Assembly: GCA_951812325.1 (NCBI GenBank)
Contig: OX638294.1
Location: 1,138,527-1,202,526, forward strand
Reading direction: 5' to 3'
Source of the DNA: an uncultured Thermoanaerobaculia bacterium
Lineage (GTDB): Bacteria; Acidobacteriota; Thermoanaerobaculia; Multivoradales; Multivoraceae
DNA: 64,000 nt
Shown here piece by piece: positions 1 to 9,409 of the stretch (positions within the stretch are counted from its first letter, which is position 1; every line of letters begins with the position of its first letter). The notes under the pieces are model-generated. The model ran no database searches, was not told the DNA's origin, and was given only the letters and a program-made list of their open reading frames with translations. A program made the position numbers and the translations under genes.

Positions 1-27
1 GACTATCCGGTCCCGGCGTCCTTCCTG

Positions 28-807
28 TTGCCGGACGCCACACCGGACAACCTGGCGCCGGACCTGGACTGGCTCGAACCGCACTTCGTCACGCCTGGCG
101 GCGAGCGGCTCAAGATGATCATCCAGGCCTTCCTGGTCGAGTCGCGCGGCCTCAAGATCGTGGTCGACACCTGCGTCGGCAACGACAAGTTGCGCGGCCT
201 GCCGGCCTGGAACGAACTCGACGGTCCGTTCCTCGAGGAGATCCGGGACGCCGGTTTCCCCCGCGAACAGGTCGACCTCGTGGTCTGCACCCACCTGCAC
301 GTAGACCACGTGGGCTGGAACACGATGAAGGTCGACGGCGAGTGGACGCCCACGTTCCCCAACGCACGCTACGTGATGGCGCGCCCCGAGTTCGAGTACT
401 GGCGGGACGAGGGGGAGGCCAGCTGGGGCGACGTCTTCGGCGACTCGGTGGCGCCCGTGTTCGAGGCCGGCCTGGTCGACCTGGTCGACTGCAACCACCA
501 GATCAACCCCGAGCTCCAATTCTTCCCCACTCCGGGGCACACGCCGGGCCACTGCAGCATCGCCGTCTCCTCCCGCAGCGAGGAGGGCGTGATCTCGGGC
601 GACGTGATGCACCACCCCTGTCAGTGCGCTCACCCGGAGTGGTGCTCGATCGCCGACATCGACCGCGAGGCGGCGACCGCCGCGCGCCGCAGCTTCTGCG
701 AGAAGTTCAGCGACAGCGGCATCACGGTCGTGGGCACCCACTGGGCGTCGCCGACCGCGGTGCAGATCACAGCCCACGGCGACGTCTGGAGGACCCGGAT
801 TGAGTGA
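28..807 (+). CDS. Metallo-beta-lactamase-fold hydrolase (lactonase-like). The 5' end may lie just before the window
   Basis: The translation carries the HxHxDH zinc motif (THLHVDHVG) and downstream His/Asp residues typical of the MBL fold. It is a 259-aa ORF on the ORF track. Confidence 0.75.
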   Translation: MPDATPDNLAPDLDWLEPHFVTPGGERLKMIIQAFLVESRGLKIVVDTCVGNDKLRGLPAWNELDGPFLEEIRDAGFPREQVDLVVCTHLHVDHVGWNTMKVDGEWTPTFPNARYVMARPEFEYWRDEGEASWGDVFGDSVAPVFEAGLVDLVDCNHQINPELQFFPTPGHTPGHCSIAVSSRSEEGVISGDVMHHPCQCAHPEWCSIADIDREAATAARRSFCEKFSDSGITVVGTHWASPTAVQITAHGDVWRTRIE

Positions 808-930
808 GCCGCCTGCCGGCGGCCCACCGCCCCCCATCGGCTGGAGTTCACGGCCCCGTTCACGAGCACTTCCCGGTGGACCACTTCCTCGTGCGGCTCT
901 CGCGAGGGGACTCCGCTACACTCCCCTGCC

Positions 931-1413
931 GTGTTGAGCCGCGCCCGCAGATTCCCGGTTCCGGCCGCCGTCGTCGCGGCGGTCGCGCTTGGATCGTGCA
1001 CCGCCGAGGAGACCGGCCCCCCCTTTCGGGAGGTCGCTGGTACACGGCTGTTGATGGCGTCGGTCATGGAACCGGCCGCCGACCACCTCTGGGCTTCGGT
1101 CGGCTGGATCCTCACCGCCGAGGGCGAGGAGCATATTCGGCCGCGGACCGACGAGGAGTGGACGCTCGTGCGCAACTCCGCGGTCACGATCGCCGAGTCG
1201 GGCAATCTCCTGATGATGGACCGGCGAAAGATGGACGACGAGGACTGGGTCGCCTGGAGCCGGGACCTGATCGATGCCGGCGACGCCGCGATGCAGGCGG
1301 CCGACGCGCGCGATGTCCAGGGCGTGTTCGACACCGGCGAACAGGTCTACTTCGCCTGCGCCGGCTGCCACGCGCAGTATTGGGCCAACGATCCGAATCA
1401 GTTCCGGCAATAG
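931..1413 (+). CDS. Lipoprotein with a C-terminal CxxCH haem motif; resembles class II cytochrome c (cytochrome c'/c556-like)
   Basis: Signal peptide with a lipobox (AVALGSC). The mature part is about 135 aa with a single CAGCH motif close to the C-terminus (FACAGCHAQYW), the arrangement seen in four-helix-bundle class II cytochromes c. GTG start. Confidence 0.5.
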   Translation: MLSRARRFPVPAAVVAAVALGSCTAEETGPPFREVAGTRLLMASVMEPAADHLWASVGWILTAEGEEHIRPRTDEEWTLVRNSAVTIAESGNLLMMDRRKMDDEDWVAWSRDLIDAGDAAMQAADARDVQGVFDTGEQVYFACAGCHAQYWANDPNQFRQ

Positions 1414-1459
1414 GCGCCTCGCTGAAGGCCGCGCGGACAGGGCTCGGAGGAGGACCGGG

Positions 1460-3025
1460 TTGCAACGCGGGCTGATCCTCCTCCACCGCTGGCTGGGTAT
1501 CGCCGGCAACCTGCTGTTCGTCGTCTGGTTCGCGTCGGCGCTGGTCATGATCTATGCGCGGATGCCGGCGCTCGATTTCGGCGACCGGCTGAACCGGCTG
1601 TCGCCTCTCGACCTGGACGCGGTTCAGGTGGCGCCGGCGCAGGCCGCGTCCGCAGCCGGTCTGGATGCCGAGAGCCGGGAGGCGGTTCAGATCCGCCTCG
1701 GCATGGCCGGCGACCGGCCGATCTACCGGCTGCGCACGGCGACCGGCTGGACCGCGGTGTACGCGGACACGGGCAGCCCGATGCTGCAGCTCGCCGAGGG
1801 GCAGGCGACGGCCATCGCCGCGCAGTTCGTCGAGCAGCCAGCCGGCGGCGCGACGCCGACGCCGACCGTCTACGACCGACTCCTCTCCCGCCCCGACCAG
1901 TGGACGCTGCAGCTTCGGCCTCTGCTTCCCGCCCATCGGATCCGATCGGGCAGCGACGTGCTCTACGTCTCCGACCGCACCGCCGAGGTCGTGCTGGAGA
2001 CGAGTGCGACGTCCCGGTTCTGGGGCGCCGCCGGCGCCGTCTTCCACTGGCTCTACTTCACGCCGTTGCGATCGCACACCACGCTCTGGTACCAGCTCAT
2101 CGTCTGGGCCTCCGCCGCCGGCTGCGCACTGACCCTGTCGGGCCTCGCCGTCGGCCTGATGCGCCTGATCCGGCGGAATCGCTCGCCCTACTCCGGCATC
2201 ATGCGCTGGCATCACTACAGCGGCCTCGCCTTCGGCGCCGCGGCGTTCACCTGGCTGCTGAGCGGCGCCCTTTCGATGGATCCCTTCGGCTGGCACGCCG
2301 GGAGAACGACGAGCCAGGCCCAGCATGCCGCGGTCGCCGGTGGAGGCCTGCGGCTCGCCGACTTCGATCTTGCTTCGATCCGGCCCCGCCTGGAGTCGCT
2401 CTCCGAGTCGTTCCCGACGCGCGAGGTCGAGTTTCTCTCGTTCGACGGCGAGCCCCTGCTGCTCGCGTACCGCCCGCCGGAATCAGGCAGGAGCGGCGGC
2501 TACCGCGCCGGCTGCTGCGGCGGCGGTCCTGCTGCGTTTCTTGAAACCGTACAGCCGTTCAAGCACCGGCTCGTTACGCTCGGCGGCGGAAAAACGCGGC
2601 GCTTCGACCGCGACGAGCTGATCGCCGCGGCCACCGCGGCGATGCCCGGGGCGCAGGTCGTCGACGCGGACGAACTGTCCGAGTACGACGCCTACTACGG
2701 CGACCGCAGGCACGGCCGCGATCCGCTGCCGGTCCTCCGCATCCGCTTCGACGATCCGGAGCGCACATGGCTCTATCTCGACCCGGCGCTGGGCCGCATC
2801 GTCCACCGCGAACAGCGCCGGAGCCGACTCGACCGCTGGCTCTATCGGGGCCTGCACCGGCTCGACTTCCCGGGCTTCTACGACCGACGCCCGCTATGGG
2901 ATGTCGTCGTGATCGTTCTGCTGCTGGGCGGCCTGTTCTCCGCGGCCTCGTCCTTCGTCCCGGCGGCAAGACGCCTCAGGCGGCACGGAGCACGCCTGAG
3001 GCGCAAGCAGCTGCAGAAGAACTGA
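1460..3025 (+). CDS. PepSY-associated TM helix protein (PiuB-like)
   Basis: N-terminus LQRGLILLHRWLGIAGNLLFVVWFASALVMIY is the characteristic PepSY_TM signature. There are several hydrophobic helices and a large periplasmic region. The start is taken as the in-frame TTG about 1460, because the upstream part of the 583-aa ORF overlaps the preceding gene. Confidence 0.7.
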   Translation: MQRGLILLHRWLGIAGNLLFVVWFASALVMIYARMPALDFGDRLNRLSPLDLDAVQVAPAQAASAAGLDAESREAVQIRLGMAGDRPIYRLRTATGWTAVYADTGSPMLQLAEGQATAIAAQFVEQPAGGATPTPTVYDRLLSRPDQWTLQLRPLLPAHRIRSGSDVLYVSDRTAEVVLETSATSRFWGAAGAVFHWLYFTPLRSHTTLWYQLIVWASAAGCALTLSGLAVGLMRLIRRNRSPYSGIMRWHHYSGLAFGAAAFTWLLSGALSMDPFGWHAGRTTSQAQHAAVAGGGLRLADFDLASIRPRLESLSESFPTREVEFLSFDGEPLLLAYRPPESGRSGGYRAGCCGGGPAAFLETVQPFKHRLVTLGGGKTRRFDRDELIAAATAAMPGAQVVDADELSEYDAYYGDRRHGRDPLPVLRIRFDDPERTWLYLDPALGRIVHREQRRSRLDRWLYRGLHRLDFPGFYDRRPLWDVVVIVLLLGGLFSAASSFVPAARRLRRHGARLRRKQLQKN

Positions 3026-3223
3026 ATCCCTGAACGACGCGGTGTATCCGGGGTCGGAGAACTGGCCGCCTGAGGCGCAAGCAGCTACAAGGGAACTGAA
3101 TCCGGCTGCGTCACGGCGCGGACCGTGCGGCACCGGCCCCGGGAACGTGAGGATCGCACTCGCATTCCCGGAAGCCGCCGCTGCGCGCCGAGTGCCGGCC
3201 GGACGGCCGGCGCGCCCGGTGGT

Positions 3224-3664
3224 CTACCGGGGCGGTTCAGTCGGGTCGCGACCGTCGCGCGGGGCGCCGGTACCCGAGGAACCCATGAAGATCTTGCTGC
3301 CGTCCTCGAAGGTCACGTCACGGCCGTTCGCGCGGCGTGAGCGGTCCTTGCTCTGGTAGCCGTCCACGATGATCACCGTGCCGGCCTGGAGGTCGTCCCG
3401 GGAGAGGCCGCGGCGCAGGAGGGTGTTGGGCGTGCCGCCCTCGACCATCCAGACGTGCTCGGTGCCGTCTTCCTCGGTGTGCTTGATGTGAATCCAGGTG
3501 TGCGGATTGACCCACTCGACCTTGACGACCGGGCCCTTCAGCAGCAGCGGACGGTTGGGATCAAACTCGGCGCCGAACGCGTGGTGAGCTACCAGGGGCG
3601 CCGCCACCGCGATTGCCGCGACGACAAGGCCGACCCCCGTGATGATCATGGCTCGCTTACTCAT
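3224..3664 (-). CDS. Small secreted protein, DUF6152-like
   Basis: N-terminal signal peptide. Motifs HHAFGAEFDPNRP...KGPVVKVEWVNPH resemble the DUF6152 family. 146 aa. Confidence 0.55.
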   Translation of the reverse strand: MSKRAMIITGVGLVVAAIAVAAPLVAHHAFGAEFDPNRPLLLKGPVVKVEWVNPHTWIHIKHTEEDGTEHVWMVEGGTPNTLLRRGLSRDDLQAGTVIIVDGYQSKDRSRRANGRDVTFEDGSKIFMGSSGTGAPRDGRDPTEPPR

Positions 3665-3739
3665 GGACGTCTCTCACTCCTCTGTTTGTGTCAGTGGTTC
3701 GGTTCGGTCAACAGACTCTAGCAGGATCCGGGCGCGGCT

Positions 3740-4825
3740 CTACTCTCCGGAATCGCCCGTACTGGCGGCCTTGGCCAGGGCGTCCTCCTCCAGAAGGCGG
3801 GCGCCGCGCATGATGTTGCCGAGGGCGTAGTTGCCCTCGTGACAGGCGTACTCGTAAACGAGGGCGTCGCTGCGAGGCCAGGCGTACTCACCGCTCCAAG
3901 GCGCCGTCCACACGTTCGGATCCTCGACGGTGAACTCGTATCGCAGGTGATCCGGACCCATCGGAGTGAACCGCTCGACCACATGCAGGTCGCGGGTCGC
4001 CGAACGCAGAGCCGGCCGGTCGGCGAAGTTCGTCGTGTCGATGACGAGAGTGTCGCCTTCCCACCAGCCGATCGAATCGCCCATCCACCGGCGCTCCGGC
4101 GCCGGGGCATGCTCGCCGCCGATGCGGACGACGCGCGCGTCGTGGACCATCTCGACCAGGATCATCACGTGGTCCTCCGTCTGCACGATCCGCTTCAGGT
4201 TGTTGTAGAGGGCCGGCAGCATCGGCGGCCCGCCGGTCGAGCTGAAGCCCAGCAGGCAGCGCTCCGCCAGCGGTCGCAGTTCCGGATCGTCGTAGGGGCC
4301 CGGCCCCTCCCGCTCGAGCCACCAGGCCTCGCCCGTGTTGGCGCGGAAGAAGCCCCTCCGGGCGGCGAAACGTTCCCGGACAGCCTCGGTCACCGGCGGA
4401 TGACGGCCATTCTTCGGGTCGACGATGATCGAGGTGCGGAACCTGCCGTCAACCTCGAAGACATCCGTCCCCCGCTCGATCCAGAAAGCGTTGTAGCCAC
4501 CGACGTTGCCGGCGGCGCCCGGCGAACCGTCGCCGCCCTCGGGGGGCGCTTCGCGGTCGGGATCGCTGACCTGACCCGCCTCCTGCAGGCGCAGACGCTC
4601 CTGCTCGGCGATCTTGTCGGCTTCCTCCCGCGACAGGTACAGATTGTCGCCAAACGCCTGCGGACGCGCCAGCGGCGTCAGGGTGCCCACGTTGTAGTAG
4701 CCGGAGATGTCGGGCCGGCCGGACGGGGTCCGGGCAAGCTCCTCGTCGCCGGCGGCCACGGCAGGCGCGGCGAGTCCGACGACGGCAAGAAGAACAACAG
4801 CAACCTTGAGTCCGGATTCGCGCAT
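3740..4825 (-). CDS. Secreted protein of unknown function (paralogue family A, member 1)
   Basis: Signal peptide MRESGLKVAVVLLAVVGLAAPAVAAG. Motifs GWWEGDTLVIDTTNF, LRYEFTVEDP and YEYACHEGNY are shared with the ORFs at 4902-5828 and 31754-32752. ATG at 4825 is preferred over the upstream TTG at 4870. Confidence 0.6.
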   Translation of the reverse strand: MRESGLKVAVVLLAVVGLAAPAVAAGDEELARTPSGRPDISGYYNVGTLTPLARPQAFGDNLYLSREEADKIAEQERLRLQEAGQVSDPDREAPPEGGDGSPGAAGNVGGYNAFWIERGTDVFEVDGRFRTSIIVDPKNGRHPPVTEAVRERFAARRGFFRANTGEAWWLEREGPGPYDDPELRPLAERCLLGFSSTGGPPMLPALYNNLKRIVQTEDHVMILVEMVHDARVVRIGGEHAPAPERRWMGDSIGWWEGDTLVIDTTNFADRPALRSATRDLHVVERFTPMGPDHLRYEFTVEDPNVWTAPWSGEYAWPRSDALVYEYACHEGNYALGNIMRGARLLEEDALAKAASTGDSGE

Positions 4826-4901
4826 GCTTGACCTCGCTTTGGCCCGTTGGCGGAAGCGGCGCGACACCAAGGGGCGCGACTCCCGACAGGCGGCGCCGTT
4901 T

Positions 4902-5828
4902 CTAGTCGACCAGCTTCATCCGCGGCAGTGGATTGCGGCGGTACTCGCCGTACATCAGCTCCTCGACGAACTCGACGCACCGGAAGTCCATCAGGCGGGC
5001 GTTCGGCTCCATCCGCCGGTAGAGCGGCATCTCGATCGTCCACGGCTCGGTGTACGTCATCGGATCGGTGAGCGTCGCCTCGTAGTGGAGGTGGTTCGGG
5101 CCGGCAACCGTGAAGCGCTCCTCGACCTGCAACTGGTTGCTGTAGTGGTTGCCCGAGCGGTCGAGCCAGCCGCCGCAGCCGGGCATGTCTTCCGCGCGCT
5201 CGGCGCAGTCCTTGGCCAGCAGGCCGCTGACGTCCACGACCAGCGTGTCGCCATCCCAACGGCCGTAGGACGTGCCCATCCAGCTGTCGACCTGGGACGG
5301 CTTCGGATCTTCCATGTAGATGTCGCGGACCGCGCCGGCGTACTGGTAGGCGATGAAGACCGCGTTCTCGCTGTGGAAGATCTGGAACGGCTGCGGCATG
5401 TACGTCGCACGCGGCACGCCGGGCAGGTAGCAGAAGACTTCCTGGTCGCGGGTTGACCAGTTCGCCATGTTCTCCATCTTCTTCGCGGCTGCCGCGTCCG
5501 TGTACGGGATCTTCCCGCCGCCCTTGATCACGCCCATGCCCGGGGGCACCGAGCCAACCGCGCCGAAGTTGAGAACCTCGGCCGCGGGCAAGGGACCGTG
5601 CGGACCCTCGCGCAACTGCATCGCGGCGCGGGCCATGTGCAACTCGAGGTCGTAGTTCGCCTCGTTCAGGGCCTGCCAGATGCCGTTCAGATCGGGCTTG
5701 CCGTCCGAGAGCCGGTTCGGCTCGAAGTCTTGGGCCGCAAGCGGCGCCACCGCCACGGCGAGAACCGCGACCGCAGCCACGGCAGTTCGAGAAAACGCGC
5801 TAGTTCCCAGTTTCATGACGTTGGCCAT
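4902..5828 (-). CDS. Secreted protein of unknown function (paralogue family A, member 2)
   Basis: Signal peptide. GRWDGDTLVVDVSG and HLHYEATLTDP motifs are shared with the 3740 and 31754 proteins. 308 aa. Confidence 0.6.
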   Translation of the reverse strand: MANVMKLGTSAFSRTAVAAVAVLAVAVAPLAAQDFEPNRLSDGKPDLNGIWQALNEANYDLELHMARAAMQLREGPHGPLPAAEVLNFGAVGSVPPGMGVIKGGGKIPYTDAAAAKKMENMANWSTRDQEVFCYLPGVPRATYMPQPFQIFHSENAVFIAYQYAGAVRDIYMEDPKPSQVDSWMGTSYGRWDGDTLVVDVSGLLAKDCAERAEDMPGCGGWLDRSGNHYSNQLQVEERFTVAGPNHLHYEATLTDPMTYTEPWTIEMPLYRRMEPNARLMDFRCVEFVEELMYGEYRRNPLPRMKLVD

Positions 5829-5969
5829 ACTCCTCTTTCGGCGAAACGCCGAGTTGTCTGAACGGAAGGAAGGTGAACCCTGTCACCTTAGGCGCACGGG
5901 GTCAACCCCAAGCGGTCCGCCCTGCCACGGGCTGCCAGGGTGCGACGAGCGTAACGCACCCTGTCGGCC

Positions 5970-7736
5970 TCAGGGCAGCGCGAAGACGAACAGCGTGTTG
6001 TTCGAGCTCGGACGCAGTTCCGCCGTCAGCCGGCGGAACGTCGACGTCGAGCCGCCCTCGGCGCCGGTGCCGACGGCCACGTACTGCCTCCCGTCCACCG
6101 CGTAGCTGATCGGGAAGCCGGTCACCGAGGAGCCGATGTTGATCTCCCACAGCACCTCGCCCGTCTCCTGGTCCAGCGCCCAGAAGCGGCCGCCGACGTC
6201 GCCGCCGAAGACCAGGCCGCCGCCGGTCGCGGCGAGCGACATCGTCGCGGGCAACCGCTCGTGGAGCCAGAGCGTCTCACCGGTCTCGGCGGAGATCGCG
6301 TAGACCGTGCCGAGCAGTTCCTTCCCCGGCGCGAACTGCGTGTCGTTTACCAGGGCGTAGTGCATCGCGCCGCGGCCGACGCGCGTCGTCATCCGGGAGC
6401 AGAGGTTGCGGAGCGGGTAGTACATCGCGTTGGTCAGCGGACTGTAGGCGCCGGCCTCCCAGTCCTTGCCGCCGAGGAGCGAGGGGCAGATCAGGCGTTC
6501 CTGTTCCAGCTCGGTGAACACGACTTCCGGGTTCAGGGCGACGGCGCCGGTCTCGCCGTCGATCCGTTCGATCACGTTCTGCGGCACCGTCGGCCGCGCC
6601 CACAGGAACTCGCCGGTCTCGCGGTCGAGCGTGTAGACCAGGCCGGTCTTGCCCGGCACACCGGTCACGACCTTGCGCATCTCGCCCGCTTCGATCCGCG
6701 GATTCCGCCAGGCGACGGCCTCGGCGTCCGGCGCGACCGCCGTGTCGACGAGCAACCGCTCGAAGGGATGATCCAGATCCCAGTGGTCGTTCAGGTGCTG
6801 GTAGTACCAGCGCACGCTGCCGGACTCGATCTCCAGCGCCAGCGTCGAGTTGTGGTACAGGTGGGTCTTCTCGTTGCCGCCGATCAGGAACTTCGGCGCC
6901 GGCGAAGTGACCGACGTGCCGACGATGAGGAGTTGAAGATCCGGGTCGTAGCTCGGCGCCATCCAGGAACCGACGTGGTGGCGGTTCTCGAACGGCACGT
7001 CGCCCCAAGTCTCGTTTCCGGGCTCACCCGGTCCCGGAATCAGCGGACGGCGCCAGAGCTCCTCGCCCGTCGCCGCGTCGTGGGCGGCGATGAAACAGGC
7101 CTCGGGGCCCCGGTGCGGCCGGCAGCTGCGCCCCGAGATCACGCGGCCGGCGGCAATGATCGGCCCCGTCGAGTGCCTCGCCGGGTCCTCCTCGTAGTCG
7201 ACGATCCGGGTCTCCCAGACCAGTTCGCCGGTCACCGCGTCGAGCGCGTAGGCGTAGCCGTCGTTCGCCGTGTCGATGATCAGTCCCCCGTAGATCGCGA
7301 GACTGCGGTTGACCGTCTCCAGACCGCCCACCCAGGTCGCGATGTCGTCGGGGATCGGCCGCTTGTACTCCCACAGGAGATCGCCCGCAGCAGCGTCGAT
7401 CGCCTGGGTCACGCTGCTCGGATTCGGGTAGTACATGACGCCGTCGTAGACGAGCGGCGTCCCCTGCTGGCTCCCCTCCTCGAGACCGCGCGACCAAGCC
7501 AGGGTGAGGTCCGCCACGTTCTCCCGGTCGATCTGGTCGAGCGGGCTGTAGGCCCAGCCGTTCTGGGTACGACGCCAGTGGAGCCAGTCCGCGGGATCGG
7601 GCTCCTCCAGCATCGCGTCGGTGACGGGAACGAAGGAGTCGTCGGACTGGGCGCCGGCAGGCAGGCCGATGGCCAGCAGAAGCGCGGGGACCACGACGAT
7701 CCGCAGCGTCAACCGAAGGACGGGCTCTCGACTCAT
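5970..7736 (-). CDS. PQQ-dependent dehydrogenase (quinoprotein alcohol/sugar dehydrogenase family), periplasmic
   Basis: 588 aa with a signal peptide and beta-propeller repeat pattern (PLVYDGVMYY, W-repeat motifs). The family is recognisable from the translation. Confidence 0.8.
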   Translation of the reverse strand: MSREPVLRLTLRIVVVPALLLAIGLPAGAQSDDSFVPVTDAMLEEPDPADWLHWRRTQNGWAYSPLDQIDRENVADLTLAWSRGLEEGSQQGTPLVYDGVMYYPNPSSVTQAIDAAAGDLLWEYKRPIPDDIATWVGGLETVNRSLAIYGGLIIDTANDGYAYALDAVTGELVWETRIVDYEEDPARHSTGPIIAAGRVISGRSCRPHRGPEACFIAAHDAATGEELWRRPLIPGPGEPGNETWGDVPFENRHHVGSWMAPSYDPDLQLLIVGTSVTSPAPKFLIGGNEKTHLYHNSTLALEIESGSVRWYYQHLNDHWDLDHPFERLLVDTAVAPDAEAVAWRNPRIEAGEMRKVVTGVPGKTGLVYTLDRETGEFLWARPTVPQNVIERIDGETGAVALNPEVVFTELEQERLICPSLLGGKDWEAGAYSPLTNAMYYPLRNLCSRMTTRVGRGAMHYALVNDTQFAPGKELLGTVYAISAETGETLWLHERLPATMSLAATGGGLVFGGDVGGRFWALDQETGEVLWEINIGSSVTGFPISYAVDGRQYVAVGTGAEGGSTSTFRRLTAELRPSSNNTLFVFALP

Positions 7737-7873
7737 ACTCGGACTCCCAATTCCGTGCTCGACGCCCCGCCGCCCGATGGCGGCCGGGAGGTCGGCCCAC
7801 CCGATGCGCCAATTCAGGCTTCCTGCGCAGAGAGCGGCGAGCGTAGCGCAGGCAGCGGCGCTATCCTCGCGCG

Positions 7874-9124
7874 ATGCCTGCGACCGACAACGGCCGGATC
7901 GTGATCACCGGGCTCGGCGCCGTAACGCCGGTTGGCAATGACGTGACAACCTTCTGGCGGCGGATGAAGGCCGGGGACTCGGGCGCCGGCCCGATCACCG
8001 CGTTCGACACGGAGGCGTTCAACGTCAAGATCGCCTGCGAGGTACGCGACTTCGACCCAACCGAGTGGCTGGCCGGCAAGGCGGCGCGCAGGATCGCGCG
8101 CTCGACCCACTTCGCGGTGGCCTCGGCCAAGCAGGCGGTTGCCCACGCGGGGCTGGCAATCGACCCGGCCGTGGCGCATCGGCACGGCGTCGCTTTCAAC
8201 ACCGGGGGCGGGGGCGCGTCGAGCATGGAGAGCGGCACGCGCCGGCTCGTCGCGCGTGGTCCGCGGAAGGCGAACCCGTTTCTCGTCACCGACGTGATGC
8301 CGAACGCCGTCTCCTGCCTGATCTCGATCGAACTCGGCGTGACCGGGCCGACGACGACCTCCACCATGGCCTGCGCAAGCGGCAACTATGCCCTGCTCGA
8401 GGCCTACCGGCTGCTGCGCTCGGGCGAAGTCGACGCAGTGATCGCCGGCGGCACGGAGGCGGCCATCACGCCGCTGATCGTCGCGACCTTTTCGCGGCTC
8501 CAGGCTCTCTCCACCCGCAACGACGACCCGCCGGCAGCCAGCCGGCCGTTCGACGCCGACCGCGACGGCTTCGTCTTCGGCGAAGGCGCCGCCGCGTTCG
8601 TCGTCGAGACCGAGCGCCACGCGGAGAAGCGGGGCGCCCACGTCTACGCCGAGGTGCGCGGGGGCGCCGTGACCGCCGACGCGCATCACCTGACCGCTCC
8701 CCGCCCCGACGGCGCCGGCGCGGCGGCCGCGATGACGCGAGCCCTCGAATCGAGCAACACGGACCCCGGCGAGGTCGACGCGGTGTTCGCGCACGGTACG
8801 GCCACACCGCTCGGCGACGTCGCCGAAACCCTGGCGATCAAGGCGGCGATCGGCGACCGGGCCAAAGATGTCGCCGTGGCCGCCACGAAGTCCCAGGTCG
8901 GCCACATGCTGGGCGCCGCCGGCGCGGTATCGGCACTCGCCGCGGTCAAGACGATCGAGGAGGGCACGATCTGCCCGACGATCAACCTCGAGCAGCCCGA
9001 TCCGCAGTGCGACCTGGACTACGTGCCGAACCGGGCCCGTGCCCACCCCACCGGCGTCGCGCTCGTCAACGCCTTCGGCTTCGGCGGCCAGAACGTGGTC
9101 GTCGTCCTCGCCGACGCCAACTAA
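7874..9124 (+). CDS. fabF: Beta-ketoacyl-ACP synthase II
   Basis: 416 aa. Starts with the typical RIVITGLGAVTPVGN, has the active-site Cys in MACASGNYA, the HGTAT motif with catalytic His, and a GFGGQN C-terminus. Confidence 0.9.
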   Translation: MPATDNGRIVITGLGAVTPVGNDVTTFWRRMKAGDSGAGPITAFDTEAFNVKIACEVRDFDPTEWLAGKAARRIARSTHFAVASAKQAVAHAGLAIDPAVAHRHGVAFNTGGGGASSMESGTRRLVARGPRKANPFLVTDVMPNAVSCLISIELGVTGPTTTSTMACASGNYALLEAYRLLRSGEVDAVIAGGTEAAITPLIVATFSRLQALSTRNDDPPAASRPFDADRDGFVFGEGAAAFVVETERHAEKRGAHVYAEVRGGAVTADAHHLTAPRPDGAGAAAAMTRALESSNTDPGEVDAVFAHGTATPLGDVAETLAIKAAIGDRAKDVAVAATKSQVGHMLGAAGAVSALAAVKTIEEGTICPTINLEQPDPQCDLDYVPNRARAHPTGVALVNAFGFGGQNVVVVLADAN

Positions 9125-9128
9125 GCCC

Positions 9129-9305
9129 GCCTCGTGCCCAAACCGGGACTCCCCGGCGTCCTCGCCAGCGCGAAACCAGCCTCGTGCCCGGGCGCGCCGT
9201 CGTCCGCGCCAGCGCGAAACCAGCCTCGTGCCCGGGCGCGCCGCCTCCCTCGCCGGCGCCAACTAGCCAGCCTCGTGCCCAAACCGGGCGCCCCGGCGTG
9301 CCATC
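9129..9305. repeat. Four imperfect tandem repeats (about 44-50 bp) beginning GCCTCGTGCCC, in the fabF/SRPBCC convergent intergenic region
   Basis: Units start near 9129, 9179, 9223 and 9270, each GCCTCGTGCCC(A/G)..GCGCGAAACCA-like. Seen directly in the sequence. Confidence 0.7.
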
Positions 9306-9306
9306 C

Positions 9307-9390
9307 GTGCGCCCGCTGACGGGCGCACGGACTGGTTCGCGTGTGGCGCGGAACGCGCCACACGGGTTCTCGCCGGCATCCGGATGCCGC
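9307..9390. terminator. Cluster of three GC-rich hairpins between convergent genes (likely bidirectional terminators)
   Basis: GTGCGCCCG-CTGA-CGGGCGCAC; CGTGTGGCGCG-GAA-CGCGCCACACG (11-bp perfect stem); palindrome GGCATCCGGATGCC. Confidence 0.5.
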
Positions 9391-9409
9391 CCGACGCCAG
9401 AGCCCGAAC

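Noticed and set aside
1184-2326. 380-aa minus-strand ORF
   Set aside because: Antisense to the PepSY-TM gene, which has a diagnostic N-terminal signature on the plus strand.
9129-9305. Possible CRISPR array
   Set aside because: The repeats are imperfect (44-50 bp, variable internal sequence) with no regular unique spacers, and there are no cas genes in the window.
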